Shown one piece after another: positions 35,570 to 46,990 of a stretch of DNA of 64,000 bases. Each line of letters starts with the position of its first letter. Position 1 is the first letter of the stretch. A program made the position numbers and the translations under genes. The DNA comes from Torpedo marmorata. Lineage: Eukaryota. Under the pieces are notes generated by a model. The model searched no databases. It was not told the origin of the DNA and saw only the letters and a program-made list of their open reading frames with translations. The DNA lies in the NCBI GenBank assembly GCA_977017645.1, contig OZ360238.1, positions 42,904,001 to 42,968,000 of the forward strand, written 5' to 3'.

Positions 35570-37194
35570 AGATGCACTGAACAACTTCTACGCGCGTTTT
35601 GAGGCGAAAAATTATGTAGTGGCAAAGAAGACAACCCCTCCTCCAAATGATCAGGTGCTGTGTTTCACAGTGGCTGTCGTGAGGAGAGTGTTAAGCAAGG
35701 TTAACCCACGGAAAGCTGCTGGGCCAGATAACATTCCCAGCAGAGTGCTCAGGGGACGTGCGGTCCAGCTAGCTGATGTTCTCACCGACATCTTTAACAT
35801 CTCCCTGAGCAGTGCCATGGTTCCAACGTGCTTCAAAGTCGCTACCATCATCCCCATGTGGAAGAAGTCAACGGTGTCCTGCCTCAATGACTACCGCACT
35901 GTCGCACTCACATCTACCGTCATGAAGTGCTTCGAGAGGCTCGTCATGAGGCACATCAAGCTTCTGCTGCCCCCCTCACTGGACCCCCTGCAGTTCGCAT
36001 ATAGATCAAACCGCTCCACAGATGATGCCATCATTACCACCCTCCACCTAGCCCTCACCCACCTGGAAAATAAGGACGCGTATGTTCGAATGCTGTTTAT
36101 TGACTTCAGCTCGGTATTCAACATGATCATACCTCAGTACCTGATAGGGAAGTTGAGGGGGCTGGGCCTAAACTACACCCTCTGTAATTGGATCCTAGAC
36201 TTTCTGACGGGAAGACCTGAGGAAGTCCGGATTGGAAACAGCACTTCTAAGGTCATTACATTGAGCACGGGGGCTCCCCAGGGCTGTGTGCTTAGTCCAT
36301 TGCTGTTCACCCTGCTGACTCATGACTGTGCAGCAAAACACAGCTCGAATCACATCATAAAGTTCGCTGATGATACAACCGTGGTGGGCCTTATCAGTAA
36401 GAATGATGAGTCAGCATACAGAGATGAGGTGCAGTCGCTAATGGAATGGTGCGGAACCAACAACCTGCAGCTGAACGTAAACAAAACAAAAGAGTTGGTT
36501 GTCGACTTCAGAAGGGCCCGGGGGGATCATTCTCCTTTGACCATGGATGGCTCTACTGTTGAGGTCGTAAAGAGTACCAAGTTCCTTGGAGTGCACTTGG
36601 CGGAGAGTCTTCAGCTGGTCCCTCAACACCAGTTCCATAGTCAAGAAAGCCCAGCAGCATCTTTACTTCCTGCGAAGGCTGAGGAAAGTTCATCTCCCAC
36701 CCCCTATCCTTACTACATTCTACAGGGGATGTATTGAGAGTATTCTGAGCAATTGCATCACCGCTTGGTTTGGTAACTGTACCATCTCAGACCGAAAGAC
36801 CCTGCAGAGGATAGTGAGGTCAACGGAGAAAATTATTGGAGTCTCTCTCCCCACCATGACAGACATCTGCAACACACGATGCATGAGGAAGGCTAAAAAC
36901 ATTGTGAAGGACTTTTCACACCCCTTTGGTAAACTGTTTTCCCCTTTGCCATCTGGAAGGAGGTACCGAAGCACTCGGGCTCGTACGTCCAGACTGTGCA
37001 ACAGTTTTTTCCCCCAAGCCATCAGGCTCCTCAATTCCTAGATATATATGTGTATTAGCATGTTATAGTTTTTTCTATTGTATTATGATATTTATGTACA
37101 TCTGCCCATGGTCCTGGAGAAACGCTATCTCGTCTTACTGTGTATATGGTAATGAACGACAAATAAAGGTGACTTGACTTGACTTGACTTGACT
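35570..37194 (+). mobile_element. Rex1/Babar LINE, 5'-truncated, one frameshift near 36605
   Basis: ORFs 35436-36737 and 36586-37041 with [33 protein letters not shown]; (GACTT)n tail. Confidence 0.95.
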
Positions 37195-37384
37195 ATTGGG
37201 TTGACTCACGACACCCTTTCTAGCAATGTTGGAGATCGTGTCTTACTAACCAAGTAAAATATAATACTATCTTCATTTCCCTTCTGCTTCAAATAATGCT
37301 CATCATATTAAAGGTCCATCCTGTAACCCTCGCACTGATGGAAAAAGGTTTTCCTGAAACACTCTTGTAAAAATGTGCTTTTTA

Positions 37385-37880
37385 TTTCATAGAAAAGTGG
37401 AACAGGAGCAGGTCTTCAACCCACGATTCTTCACCAGATTTGATGCCCATATTAAAGTAAAACTGCTGCTTGCACTCGATGCATATCCCTCCATTCCCTG
37501 CATATTCATGTCTCCATCTGGAAGCCTCTGAAGCTTCTATCATATTTGTTTTAACCACTATTCCTGGCAGTCTGTTCTTATCACTCTGTGTAAAAAATGT
37601 GCCCCACACATCTCCCTTAAACTCCACCCTCACCTCACCTCAAACGCATGTTATCTAGCAAGTGATATTTTTACTCTGAGCAAAAGATTCTGACTATCTA
37701 CCCTATCAATGCTCCTCATAATTTTATAAACTTCCATCAAGTCTCCCCTTCCGCCTCCGACGCTCCAGAGAAAACAACCCAATTTGCCTCTCCCCATAAG
37801 CTCATACCCTCGAATCCAGGCGACATCCCCGTAAATATCTTCTGTGCCCTTTCCAAAACCTCTACATCCGCCCTTTAATG
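37385..37880 (-). mobile_element. CR1 3' end
   Basis: ORF 37382-37633 and CTCCGACGCTCCAGAGAAAACAA (FSLERRR) motif. Confidence 0.8.
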
Positions 37881-37928
37881 GAAGGAATTTCTAAAACAAT
37901 AACTGATCGTGAAGCTCTCCATTTATAA

Positions 37929-38148
37929 ACTAGACACACACTGCTGGAGGAACTCAGCATCAGTGAGAGAAAAAGGATGGTCGACGTTTTGAGCTGAAAC
38001 CCTTTGTCAAAACCAAAATGTAAGGAAAGGATCTCGATAAAGAGTTTCCTCTCGGAGCATCAACCATTCTATTTCTTTCACTGATGCTGCTCGACCTGCT
38101 GAGTTCCACCAGCAAAGTGTGTTTAGCTTAGATTCCAGTTTTCTGTGG
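37929..38148. mobile_element. Fold-back Penelope pseudo-LTR insertion
   Basis: Inverted arms ACACACTGCTGGAGGAACTCAGCA / TGCTGAGTTCCACCAGCAAAGTGTGT; perfect 13-bp TSD TCTCCATTTATAA at 37916-37928 and 38149-38161. Confidence 0.82.
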
Positions 38149-39899
38149 TCTCCATTTATAATTTAAGGTTATGTTCAAAATTCTATTTAATCTGAACAGG
38201 CAAGACATAACCCTCAAGGTGGTCCTGCATTCTGAACAACCCTTTTTTTTTTCATTGAGCTTTGGAAGTAACACCTAATAAAAAAAAATGTAATTGAAAA
38301 ATTAGTTCTTTGCCACCTGATCTCTTATCTGGCATACTTCTGCTAAATTCAACCCCATGCTTGCACTCAAACTCTAATGAACAGTTTTGTTTAAATCGAA
38401 TCGCATGAGGTACGAACATAAAACAAAAAGGGAGAGAGCTGCTGCAGTGATGTGGATCCTCCTTCTGCCTCTTGCAATAAAAAAACATTTACTTACTCTG
38501 TGGAGATGCTCAAAGACATAATGCAGTTCTCTTTTTCTAAAACCAGCTGTCACCATTTTTCCCACTCCATTTGGCTTTTGTCTGTGCTGGCCCCCATACA
38601 CCATTTGTACAATTTATCTTCCCTTCTTGTACATCTTCTACCTATGCCTTTCACACAGTTCTTTGCAACATTTATTTTCCCTCTTTCCTTGAAGTTGAAG
38701 AAAAACCTTGGGTCTGTTCCTTTTCCATTTTGTGGTGAAAAGTAGCTTCCATGACATTTCAGTGACATTTTCCAATCAACTTCCTTGCCAGCTCATCAGA
38801 CTGCTAATTCTATGAAAGCCATAGCTTGGTTAAATGTACTCACTTGGGTGGCAGGGCAGACAGGATACTTGGCTGCAGGCTCCCCCGTATCCTCCACCAT
38901 TAACTGAATTGAGAAGACTGGCCAATAAAAAGTGTTGCCCTTAGACTGATTGAAAGGACATGCTTGAAAACATTCCATTTAACTTTGCTTCTTTCCTTAT
39001 GATGAGGACGTTGCAATGGCTTCTGACAGCACGTCTGGCTAGAATATAGGAAGGGCTTCTCTTGACTTCTGAAGCACCAATTAAATAAGAGTTGAGATTT
39101 AGCCAGTGCTCTTCTTTACTTAACATTCATTCTATCTTATACCCTGTGCACATCACTCTCTCCCTTATGGCATAAGCCTAGTTAGAAACAATTCCCATGT
39201 ATTGGTGAACAGATTAACGCCCAGTTAACCAATGCAGGCATTCTTTGGGCATCCTAATGTTGACTTTCATCTTTGACAATTCATTATCAAACTCTTATCT
39301 TTTTGTTTTAGTTACTTAGGCACACAGGATAACATTAGCACAGATGTGGAGTGTCCTCTCTTCTCCTTTGTGTCTGGAGCTTGTACATGCCTTGGAAAGT
39401 ATCCAATTACATAGCGGACATTGGTAATGTCATGTTAGCAAGAACAAGAGACTAGCGAGGATTCAGATAAGGTCGCGTCTGGTGATTTAAAATCCCTTTG
39501 CTCCCTAACCAGTTTAAAAGAGACCTCAAAAATGACAGCTTCTGCTCCGGCCAAAAGTCTGTTTGATACCTGATGTCTCATTTAAGTTTGGGTCAAAGAA
39601 ATTCAAGCTAACTGTTCCCCAGGCATGCAGTGAGGACTGGTGTGTGTTAGGTCACATGCTGAGTGATCTCAGATTGCATTGAATTACTTGCCAGATTCAA
39701 ATGCTGACTGTTAATTTCTCATTCGAATCTCACAAGGTGAGTCACATCTGCCTACACAGACCCAACTTGTTCTTCTAACATTCAGCCCTGGATCCCACTG
39801 AGAGGGGATACAAAATAGAGATGAATAATTATGAACCATTTCTGTCTCTCCACAGTCTCGCCAATTGAGCTGTTTGAGGCTAGGTCAGTTAAAATTTTC

Positions 39900-40050
39900 A
39901 AAAGCAAGATTAACACGTTTTTTTTAAGGCAAGAGCATTAAGGGTTAAGGAGCCAAGGCTGACAGATGTTGCTACGATACGGACAAGCCATGATCTAAAC
40001 GAGTGGCAGAACAGATTCAGAGGGATGAATTTCTCACTTCTTTTCCTATG
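39900..40050 (+). mobile_element. Short CR1 3' end
   Basis: AGCCATGATCTAAACGAGTGGCAGAACAGATTCAGAGGG tail motif. Confidence 0.55.
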
Positions 40051-41054
40051 ACGGTCCTCCAAGTACTTGACAAGCAGCAAATCAAATTGGATGTGTAAGT
40101 GGTGTGCTACATGTGAACAGAGCTTGTTTGACAAGGGCTCTTTTAATTTGAAATGCTGCAGATTCAGAACGGATTCCCATTTTCACGTAGCATTACAGGA
40201 TAGGTCAAATGGGCACAGACAATGAGAGGAAGAAGTTCAGAAGATGCGCTCAAACCCCAACTTGTTGCTTGAATTTAGCACAAAACCCAACTGAATGTTA
40301 GATACAATGGAGTAAACTGGTGAGCACAGCAATTTCAAAGAAGACAACTCGTGTATGTCAACTGGCCAGAACAGCAGAAGTGGATTTACCAGCAAACAGT
40401 ATAAACCTTGAGCTTTAAGCTATTTGACCAAAATAGTGATACACAAATCTCTCATGCGGAAAAGAGACTGCAGGATGACGATTCGAAGGGAAGAAACTTA
40501 TTGAGATTCATTCAGTCAGAATGGTTTCCTGCTTCAGCCTCTTCCCAGCCAATTTTATTACATAAGCAGGAAGAAATGGCAGGAAGTATCTCAGAATCAC
40601 TCTGAATGTAGTACCAGGGCTGGTTGCAAGCGAGTCTAAGGGTGAAGACATCTCATTTAAAATAAACAGAGAATTGCTTTTAAGTCATGATGTTAACAGG
40701 AACTTGAAGAGGCAAATTAAATTTGCATAATAAGTTACAATGAAGCTTCTTGTTAATCAGAATGTCCTAATAATAAACTAGTAGTGTTTTACACGCATAT
40801 TTTCATCTCTAAATTCCTTGAACTCTCGCAGCCCTAGGTACCAACCACAATTTTGTACAATACTGATGTGTCATTGCTTCATGTATAAGCCCAGGTTGTG
40901 GTGTGCGCAGGCCAGTGTCACATACACAGGGCATCGTGTCTTCTCTTCACTCCCTGCCTCAATGTGTGTCCAGCAGGGATAATTGAAAATCCATCAGGGG
41001 CGAGAAAGTCAGAAGTCCACCACTGCTGGTCCATCCTCTCTATCCCAAGAATGT

Positions 41055-41285
41055 CAAGGGGAAGCACTATTTTGAGCAAGAAGAGAGGAGTTAACCCCAG
41101 TCACTCAATCAGCATCTAACATCATGAAACAAATGATCAGATTGTTGTAATCTTACTGTTGGTGGGATCTGTTGTGCATATATTGCTTCATGCATTAATT
41201 ATATCAATGACTATATTTCATTGGCTGTAAAGAATCTTGCAACATCCTAAGATCTTGAAAGGTGCATTAAAAATAAATATCCATC
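41055..41285 (+). mobile_element. Ancient Deu-domain SINE relic (3' half)
   Basis: GCACTATTTTGAG...GGAGTT, TGTTGGTGGGATCTGTTGTGCA, TTCATTGGCTGTAAAG...TGAAAGGTGC. Confidence 0.55.
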
Positions 41286-42014
41286 CTCACTATCTGCTAA
41301 AAGAGAATTCTTTCTCATTGCAGTTTCATCTGCACTGACCTTGGGATGTTCTTGATCAATTAAGCTCTGTTGCATGGCAAATGATACATTTACCTATTAA
41401 TATCACTTCTCTTTTAGGATTCCCCCTGGTCATAAAGCATTCATCAGCTGCTAAGGGCAGATATGTTGGCAGATGGTATCCTTAAGACCAAGTCCTTCTG
41501 CTGCCTCCCTGATATGTAGCAAAGATTGGATCACCCTGCTATTCCTATTCCCTTCCATATATCCAGAAGCTAAATCTTTTATCCATTTAATATCTCCCAA
41601 TTAGTTGATTAGAATTAGGAACTCACCAAGATTGGACCTGCAATATTAATTTAAATAATCCTGGAATACGACCAGTCATGAATTGGTTAAATCTGAAATA
41701 GCTTGTGTGCTTCCTGGCTTATCCTCTCTCATTGATGGCAGGCTTTAATTTAAATATGTATATTTTATTCAGAATGAACATTTAATATGTCATGGTTGCA
41801 TGAAATACATGGTTAAATGATGTAAGGCCAACTGACATGAATTTTTGTACTGTCTCAGAATTTCACTGCTCGATACAATGGCACAGGAGTGAAATCCTCA
41901 ATCAGAAGTAAGCCAGAGCTAATTAATTTGCACCTTTGCAGTGAAAAAGTGAAAGAACTTCCAATTTTTAGGACATTATGCTTCTGCTGTCTTCGTTTTC
42001 TTTTCAGGAACGTT

Positions 42015-43130
42015 GTGTAAGAGGGGTCTGGGGATCCAGGGCCATGGATCCCTAAAAGCGGCCATGCAAGTAGATAGGGTGGTAAAAAAGGAGAATGATA
42101 TGCTTCAAGATTCAAGATTCCTTTATTGTCATGTACCCCTTACAGTACAAAGAAAAGAGAAGCAAAACAGAGTCCCTTCAGAATCACTGAGTGTCCATGG
42201 ATTTGCCTCCAGCGCTCCAACAGCTTCTGCAGCCACACAGACTCCTGTTCGATTCATCGGCAACCCAAGCTCCAGGTCCAAACCTCTGACACAATCAGCA
42301 CCCTCTCGAATCCCGTTCTGAAACCTGGTTCCCACGAGCCAGTCCTCAGCAGCCCGTAGCCCGTGCAGGTACCCCGACCGCCTGCAGCTTGTGTGGGTCC
42401 CTCAGTTCCTGAGCCCCTCGCTAGTCCACTGGTGTGGTCACCGTCCTGTAGGGTTGTCTTCTCTGCTTCTCCTTCTCAACGGGGGGGGTGTTTCTCCCCA
42501 TTTCTGGTGCCCTCCCCGGTCTGCTGCTCCTGCCTTCATTGGTTAGGCCTTTGGGTAAAGAAGTAAGGAAGTCATGATGCAGCTTTATCAATCTTTGTTT
42601 TCGGCCGCATGGCATATAGTGTGCAATTCTAGTTGCCCCATTACATGAAGGATTTGGAGGCTTTGGAAAAGGTACAGAAGAGATTTACCAGGATGCTGCC
42701 TGGATTAGAGGGTGCGAACTATAAGGAGAGGTTGGACAAACTTGGGTGTTTTCACTGGAGCTTCAGAGGCTGAGGGGTGCCCTGATCGAAGGTTATAAAA
42801 TTATGGGAGGCATAGATTGGGTGGACAGTCAACATCTTTCTCCCAGGGTAAAAATGTCACTTACTCAAGGACAATGCATTTAAGGTGAAGGCGGGAAGTT
42901 TGATGGAGATGTGTGGGGGATGTTTGTTACACAGAGAGTGCTAGGTGCCTGAAACTGGCTGCCAAGGGTAATCTTGGAAGCAGAAATGATAATAGCGTTC
43001 AAGAGGCTTCTATATATATATATATAAGGAATATAGGTAAGTGTATCATGTATAATCAACAGAGTTGTAATTTAATTCAGCACACACATCATGGATCAAA
43101 GAACCAGTTCCTATGCGTTCTACGTTTTAA
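42015..43130 (+). mobile_element. CR1 3' fragment interrupted at 42105-42530
   Basis: QVDRVVKK...; LEKVQKRFTRMLPGL; ERLDKLG; LRG.LIE motifs. Confidence 0.85.
42105..42530 (-). mobile_element. Second, truncated copy of the GC-rich Rex1-tailed element
   Basis: ORF 42129-42335 DLELGLP...CVAAEA..ALEAN.WTL.DS.GTLFCFS matches ORF 15287-15577; ATGACAATAAAG(GAATCTT)n tail. Confidence 0.8.
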
Positions 43131-43209
43131 GTTCAAAGAAAATATCTTTGAAGTTGAAACTTCCCACATTGGTCGTTGGTGAAGGATCCTGCACCTGAAA
43201 TGTTAACTA

Positions 43210-43465
43210 CAGATAGACCCACACTTACGATGTCCTGACGTACGATATTTCAAAGTCATGATGGTTCTGTTCTCGCGTTTTTTCGGCAAATCTCGCTTTT
43301 CTTCGGCAAATCTCGCGTTTCTTCGGCGAAATCTCGTGTTTTTTCGGCAAGTCTCGCGTTTTTTCAGCAAATCTCGCGTTTTTTCACCCGATTTCAATTT
43401 ACGATAATTTCGACTTACGATGCGAGTCCCGGAACCAAACCCCATTGTAAGTCGGGGTATACCTG
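43210..43465. mobile_element. Tigger-like (MER47/Tigger5-type ends) MITE with internal 20-bp tandem array
   Basis: TIR CAGATAGACCCACACTTACGATG / CATTGTAAGTCGGGGTATACCTG; TA at 43208-43209 and 43466-43467. Confidence 0.85.
43271..43386. repeat. Minisatellite, about 5.7 x 20-21 bp (TCTCGCGTTTTTTCGGCAAA)
   Basis: Units read directly; no unique spacers. Confidence 0.9.
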
Positions 43466-43780
43466 TATTCTCTTGCCACAGATGCTGTCTGACCTGCTGA
43501 ATGTTTGGAGCATTTTATGTTTTTATTCACACCTTAAAGAGCAAGCAAAAGGCATTTTCACAACCTCACAGTTTACATTGTAATGCCTTCGTTTTACTTG
43601 CTGACACCTGGCATGTTTGCTGCAGTGACCTTAACGAAATGGGGTATTCCACCTGCGCTTGGGACTGCGCATACAAGTGAGCCGAGTTGCTGTCAGAACT
43701 GAACATGTATGTCCAATGTATTTATACCTCTGTATTAATATTCTCTTCTCATATGGAAGATGTAATTTTAATTTATTTAA

Positions 43781-44022
43781 TTTAGACAAACAGCATGGTA
43801 ACAGGCCCTTTCGGCCCACAAGCCCGTGCCGCCCAATTACAGCCAATTAACCTACAACCCCCAGTACGTTTTGAGCGGTGGGAGGAAACCAGAGCATCTG
43901 GAGGAAACCCACGCAGACATGGGGAGAGTGTACAAACTCCTTACAGATAGTACCGGATTCAAACCCCGGTTGCTGGTGCTGTAATAGTGTTGCGCTAACT
44001 GCTGTGCTAACCGTGCCGCCCC
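43781..44022 (-). mobile_element. V-domain SINE
   Basis: Head, V-domain and tail present. Confidence 0.9.
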
Positions 44023-44152
44023 AAAATGCTGCTATCCACGTTGTGTACTTTGAAATATTATGTGATCTCCATGAACAATTTAAATTTTTTTGCTGATTTT
44101 ATGTTAAAGCAAAGGAACAGATGCCTCATGGCCATCTAATGGTGCACTTCTT

Positions 44153-44438
44153 TTCTTTTTAAAATATTTTTATTGAGTTTAACATATAAACATGTATACA
44201 GAAAAAAAAATTGCGAAAAACACATAAAAAGTCATCTCATATTCATACATATATAAAGATAAAACAAATGGAACTGCATTAACCAGTTCCTAAATTCAAA
44301 TGAGAGACAAGTTATAAATATACTGTAAATTCATGTTAAAACTCATATTTCAAATTATTAAACTAAAAAGAATAATATAAAAGAAAAAAAAATTCAAAAA
44401 AAACCACATAAAAAACTAAAACTAATCTAACCCCTCCC
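44153..44438 (-). mobile_element. L1-type 3' UTR insertion with 18-bp TSD
   Basis: T-rich tail plus TTTATT (minus-strand AATAAA); TCTAATGG(T/C)GCACTTCTT at 44135-44152 and 44439-44456. Confidence 0.75.
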
Positions 44439-44947
44439 TCTAATGGCGCACTTCTTCAATAACTAGCTTAGCAATAAGTCCCAATGCTGTAAAAATTGTG
44501 TTTTTATAAATGGGGTAATTCATGCACATCCTGTCAATGATCAGTTGATTTTGAGGCAACGTGTCCCTGTGTAGCTTGGGAAACTGCAATGTAGGTCAGT
44601 GTCCCCAAATAAACCAGTCATGTTATGTCTGTGGTGTCACGTCCTGTCGTGTAAGGATGTTTCTGCCACAAAACTTCCCTCAGCCTCCAGGCCCAGACAA
44701 TTCTGTTTGTTTTTTCACTCACAAAGTCCCTTCATGTCTTTAGATTTCAAAGCAAATTCCCAAATTTAATCCCACTGTCTTTTCATTCAAATGAGTTTTG
44801 CATAGCAGATGCAGCTATAAAACTGCTCATTAATTACAGGCAGCTTTTTTCCAAAATGGTTATCTTCTCTGTTTATAGAAAGACTTACATTAAAATAGAA
44901 CCTTTCACAATCTCAGAATGTCCCACATACATTGGAAAATACCAGAA

Positions 44948-45075
44948 TTCTGACGAGGGGTTATCAATCTAAAATGTTAACTGGTTCTCCCTCCACAGAT
45001 GTCTCTGAACTGCTGAATCTCTCCAACATGTTTTGTTTCTCCTTCAGATTTCCAATATTTGTGGTTTTGTTTTCT
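44948..45075 (+). mobile_element. Old Penelope pseudo-LTR remnant inside a Deu-SINE-like relic (about 44880-45300)
   Basis: CTGACGAGGGG...AAAATGTTAAC...CCACAGATG...CTGCTGA; GTCCCA on both sides. Confidence 0.55.
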
Positions 45076-45330
45076 TTCTGGGAGTCCCAAAATGCCTAAA
45101 ACAGCCAATTAAGTACTCTTGAAGCATTAAGCAATGAAGTACTTTTGAAATGTGTCAAGATATTGTTATGTAAGTGGCAGCTCATCAGCTGCTCAAGATT
45201 CCAGTCCTTGTGTTTCCTGCTTGTTGTGTAAGTAGTATTGTTAGGTAAGCCACTGTTTCAGATCAAGAACAGCATGCATCTCCCTTTTAAGGACAGCGTG
45301 TATAGATTGAAGCACATGCAGTAGCTAGAG

Positions 45331-45447
45331 CAGTGGTTCTTAACCTTTTCCTTTCCACTCACATACCACCTTAAGTAATCCCTTGTGGTTAGTAAGGGAT
45401 TACTTAAGGTGGTATGTGAGTCGAAAGAAAAAGGTTAAGAACCACTG
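45331..45447. mobile_element. Solo palindromic hAT MITE (same family as the units at 18621 and 18865)
   Basis: CAGTGGTTCTTAACC...GGTTAAGAACCACTG; perfect 8-bp TSD AGCTAGAG at 45323-45330 and 45448-45455. Confidence 0.93.
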
Positions 45448-45593
45448 AGCTAGAGTAAGATAATAAAGGAGCAGGATGTCACCACTTTGCTGAGCAACAA
45501 TATGTGTTTAATCATTGACATAGGCATTCAATTATCAGAATTTACAGTGATAATTGTAATGATTGGAACTTCACCAATTTGCACAATGGAAGG

Positions 45594-45875
45594 TACAGTT
45601 ATATAGAAACAGGCCCTTCTTGGACACAGCTGCCCACCTCTAACTAGTTCCTTATGCCTGTGTTTGGCCCACACCCTTCTAAACGTTTCCGATCAAAGTA
45701 CCTGTCCAAATGTCCTATGAATGTTGGAATAGTACCCACCCCTGTGTGAAAAGGACATTCTGCAGGTCCCCTTTAAATCTTTCTCCTTTTATCTTAAAGT
45801 GATGGCCTCCAGTTTTCGATTCTCCTGGGAGAAAGATGGTGAGCATTCACCTTATCTATGCCCCTCATGATTTTA
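45594..45875 (-). mobile_element. CR1 3' end
   Basis: AGAAACAGGCCCTT tail; TACCTGTCCAAATG; TTATCTATGCCCCTCATGATTTTAT. Confidence 0.75.
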
Positions 45876-45936
45876 TTTCCAGACAAGAGTGTGATAACAG
45901 CCAGTAAATCTGTTTTACACTGATTTATTTTATTTA

Positions 45937-46130
45937 TTTACAACAAGGTAGAAGCCGATTTTGGCCATTGAAATCTGTGCTGCCCAATTAGCCTAACAAC
46001 CTTGTACGTTTTTGGAGAGTGAGAGGAAATTGGAGCACCCAGGGAAAACCCACGCAGGTCACAGGGTGAACATACAAACTTCTTACAGATAACACCGGAT
46101 TTGAACCCGGCTCGCTGATGTTCTAAGTGA
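45937..46130 (-). mobile_element. Degenerate V-domain SINE
   Basis: GAAAACCCACGCAGGTCACAGGGTGAACATACAAACT, GGATTTGAACCCGG. Confidence 0.75.
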
Positions 46131-46689
46131 TGAAATTGGCAGAAGACTGCAAAGAACTCCACTGCTCTTGAATAGAATAGTGCCGTGCCCACTGGAGAGG
46201 GTGGGGAGGACTTTATTTAGTGAGTACTCCTCCCTGAATCATGATTTGTCAGCCAGTCACTTGTGGGAGGAATCACATCTTGCCCAATGGCATTGCTGGT
46301 AGATGATCATGCTCTCTGAATCAATACTGTATCTGCTTTCCCTGAAATCAGGGTCACCCTCAGTTGCGATGTCTTTCATTGTCTGATAGTTCACCAACAT
46401 GCGTAGTCTGGCCTGCACATGGAAAATCTCATGGGTGCATTGCAGTCCATCAGAACAAGACAGTGCTACCCTGTATATCTCAGCACTGTGAAAGAGACAC
46501 AGAAATTGACTAACTAAAACTGCCAGTGTTTTTAATTAATGTATAGACTGAATGACACTAAGAATATAAAGAGCCTTTGCACTATTTTCCTTTGCATATA
46601 GATTTTTAAAATCAAGAATAAAGTTTATTTTTGAAATTTAAAAGAATTAATACAGCTTCTCAAACCTTTTGGTTAAATCATGCTGATAT

Positions 46690-46990
46690 AAAACTATGAG
46701 TCCAAAACTGGAGGGTATAGGTTTAAGATGTAACAGGAAATTTTTTAAAGGGCCCTTTGGGGCAACTTTATCACACAGAGAGTGATGGGTGTATGAAACG
46801 ATCTGCCAGAGGAAGCTGTAGATGTGGGGACAATTGTAACATGTAAAGCATTTGGACAGGTACGTGGATTGGAAAGGTTTAGAGGGATATGGCCACATGC
46901 AGGCAAATGGGACTAGCTCAGATGAGCAACTTGGTTGGCATGACAAATTGGACAGATGACTCTGTTTCCGTGCTGCATCACTCTAAGATC
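46690..46990 (+). mobile_element. CR1 3' end
   Basis: AACTGGAGGGTATAGGTTTAAG...CACAGAGAGTGATGGGTGTATGAAAC...CTGTTTCCGTGCTGCA. Confidence 0.8.

Larger units (their letters stand above)
43180..43530 (+). mobile_element. Old Penelope pseudo-LTR remnant split by MITE
   Basis: GTGAAGGATCCTGCACCTGAAATGTTAAC ... CCACAGATGCTGTCTGACCTGCTGA. Confidence 0.65.

Noticed and set aside
35436-36737. 433-aa ORF as an active or domesticated reverse transcriptase
   Set aside because: The N-terminal part is flank read-through, the endonuclease is missing and there is a frameshift near 36605; it is an ordinary truncated Rex1.
38374-38768. Minus-strand coding exon ending at a GTAAGT donor near 38491
   Set aside because: No clear acceptor, frames disagree and the peptide is unrecognisable.
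43271-43386. CRISPR-like array
   Set aside because: Contiguous tandem units with no spacers, inside a MITE in a vertebrate-like genome.
44128-44148. CTCF site on the minus strand (CCATTAGATGGCC)
   Set aside because: Mismatch at a core position and no supporting context.
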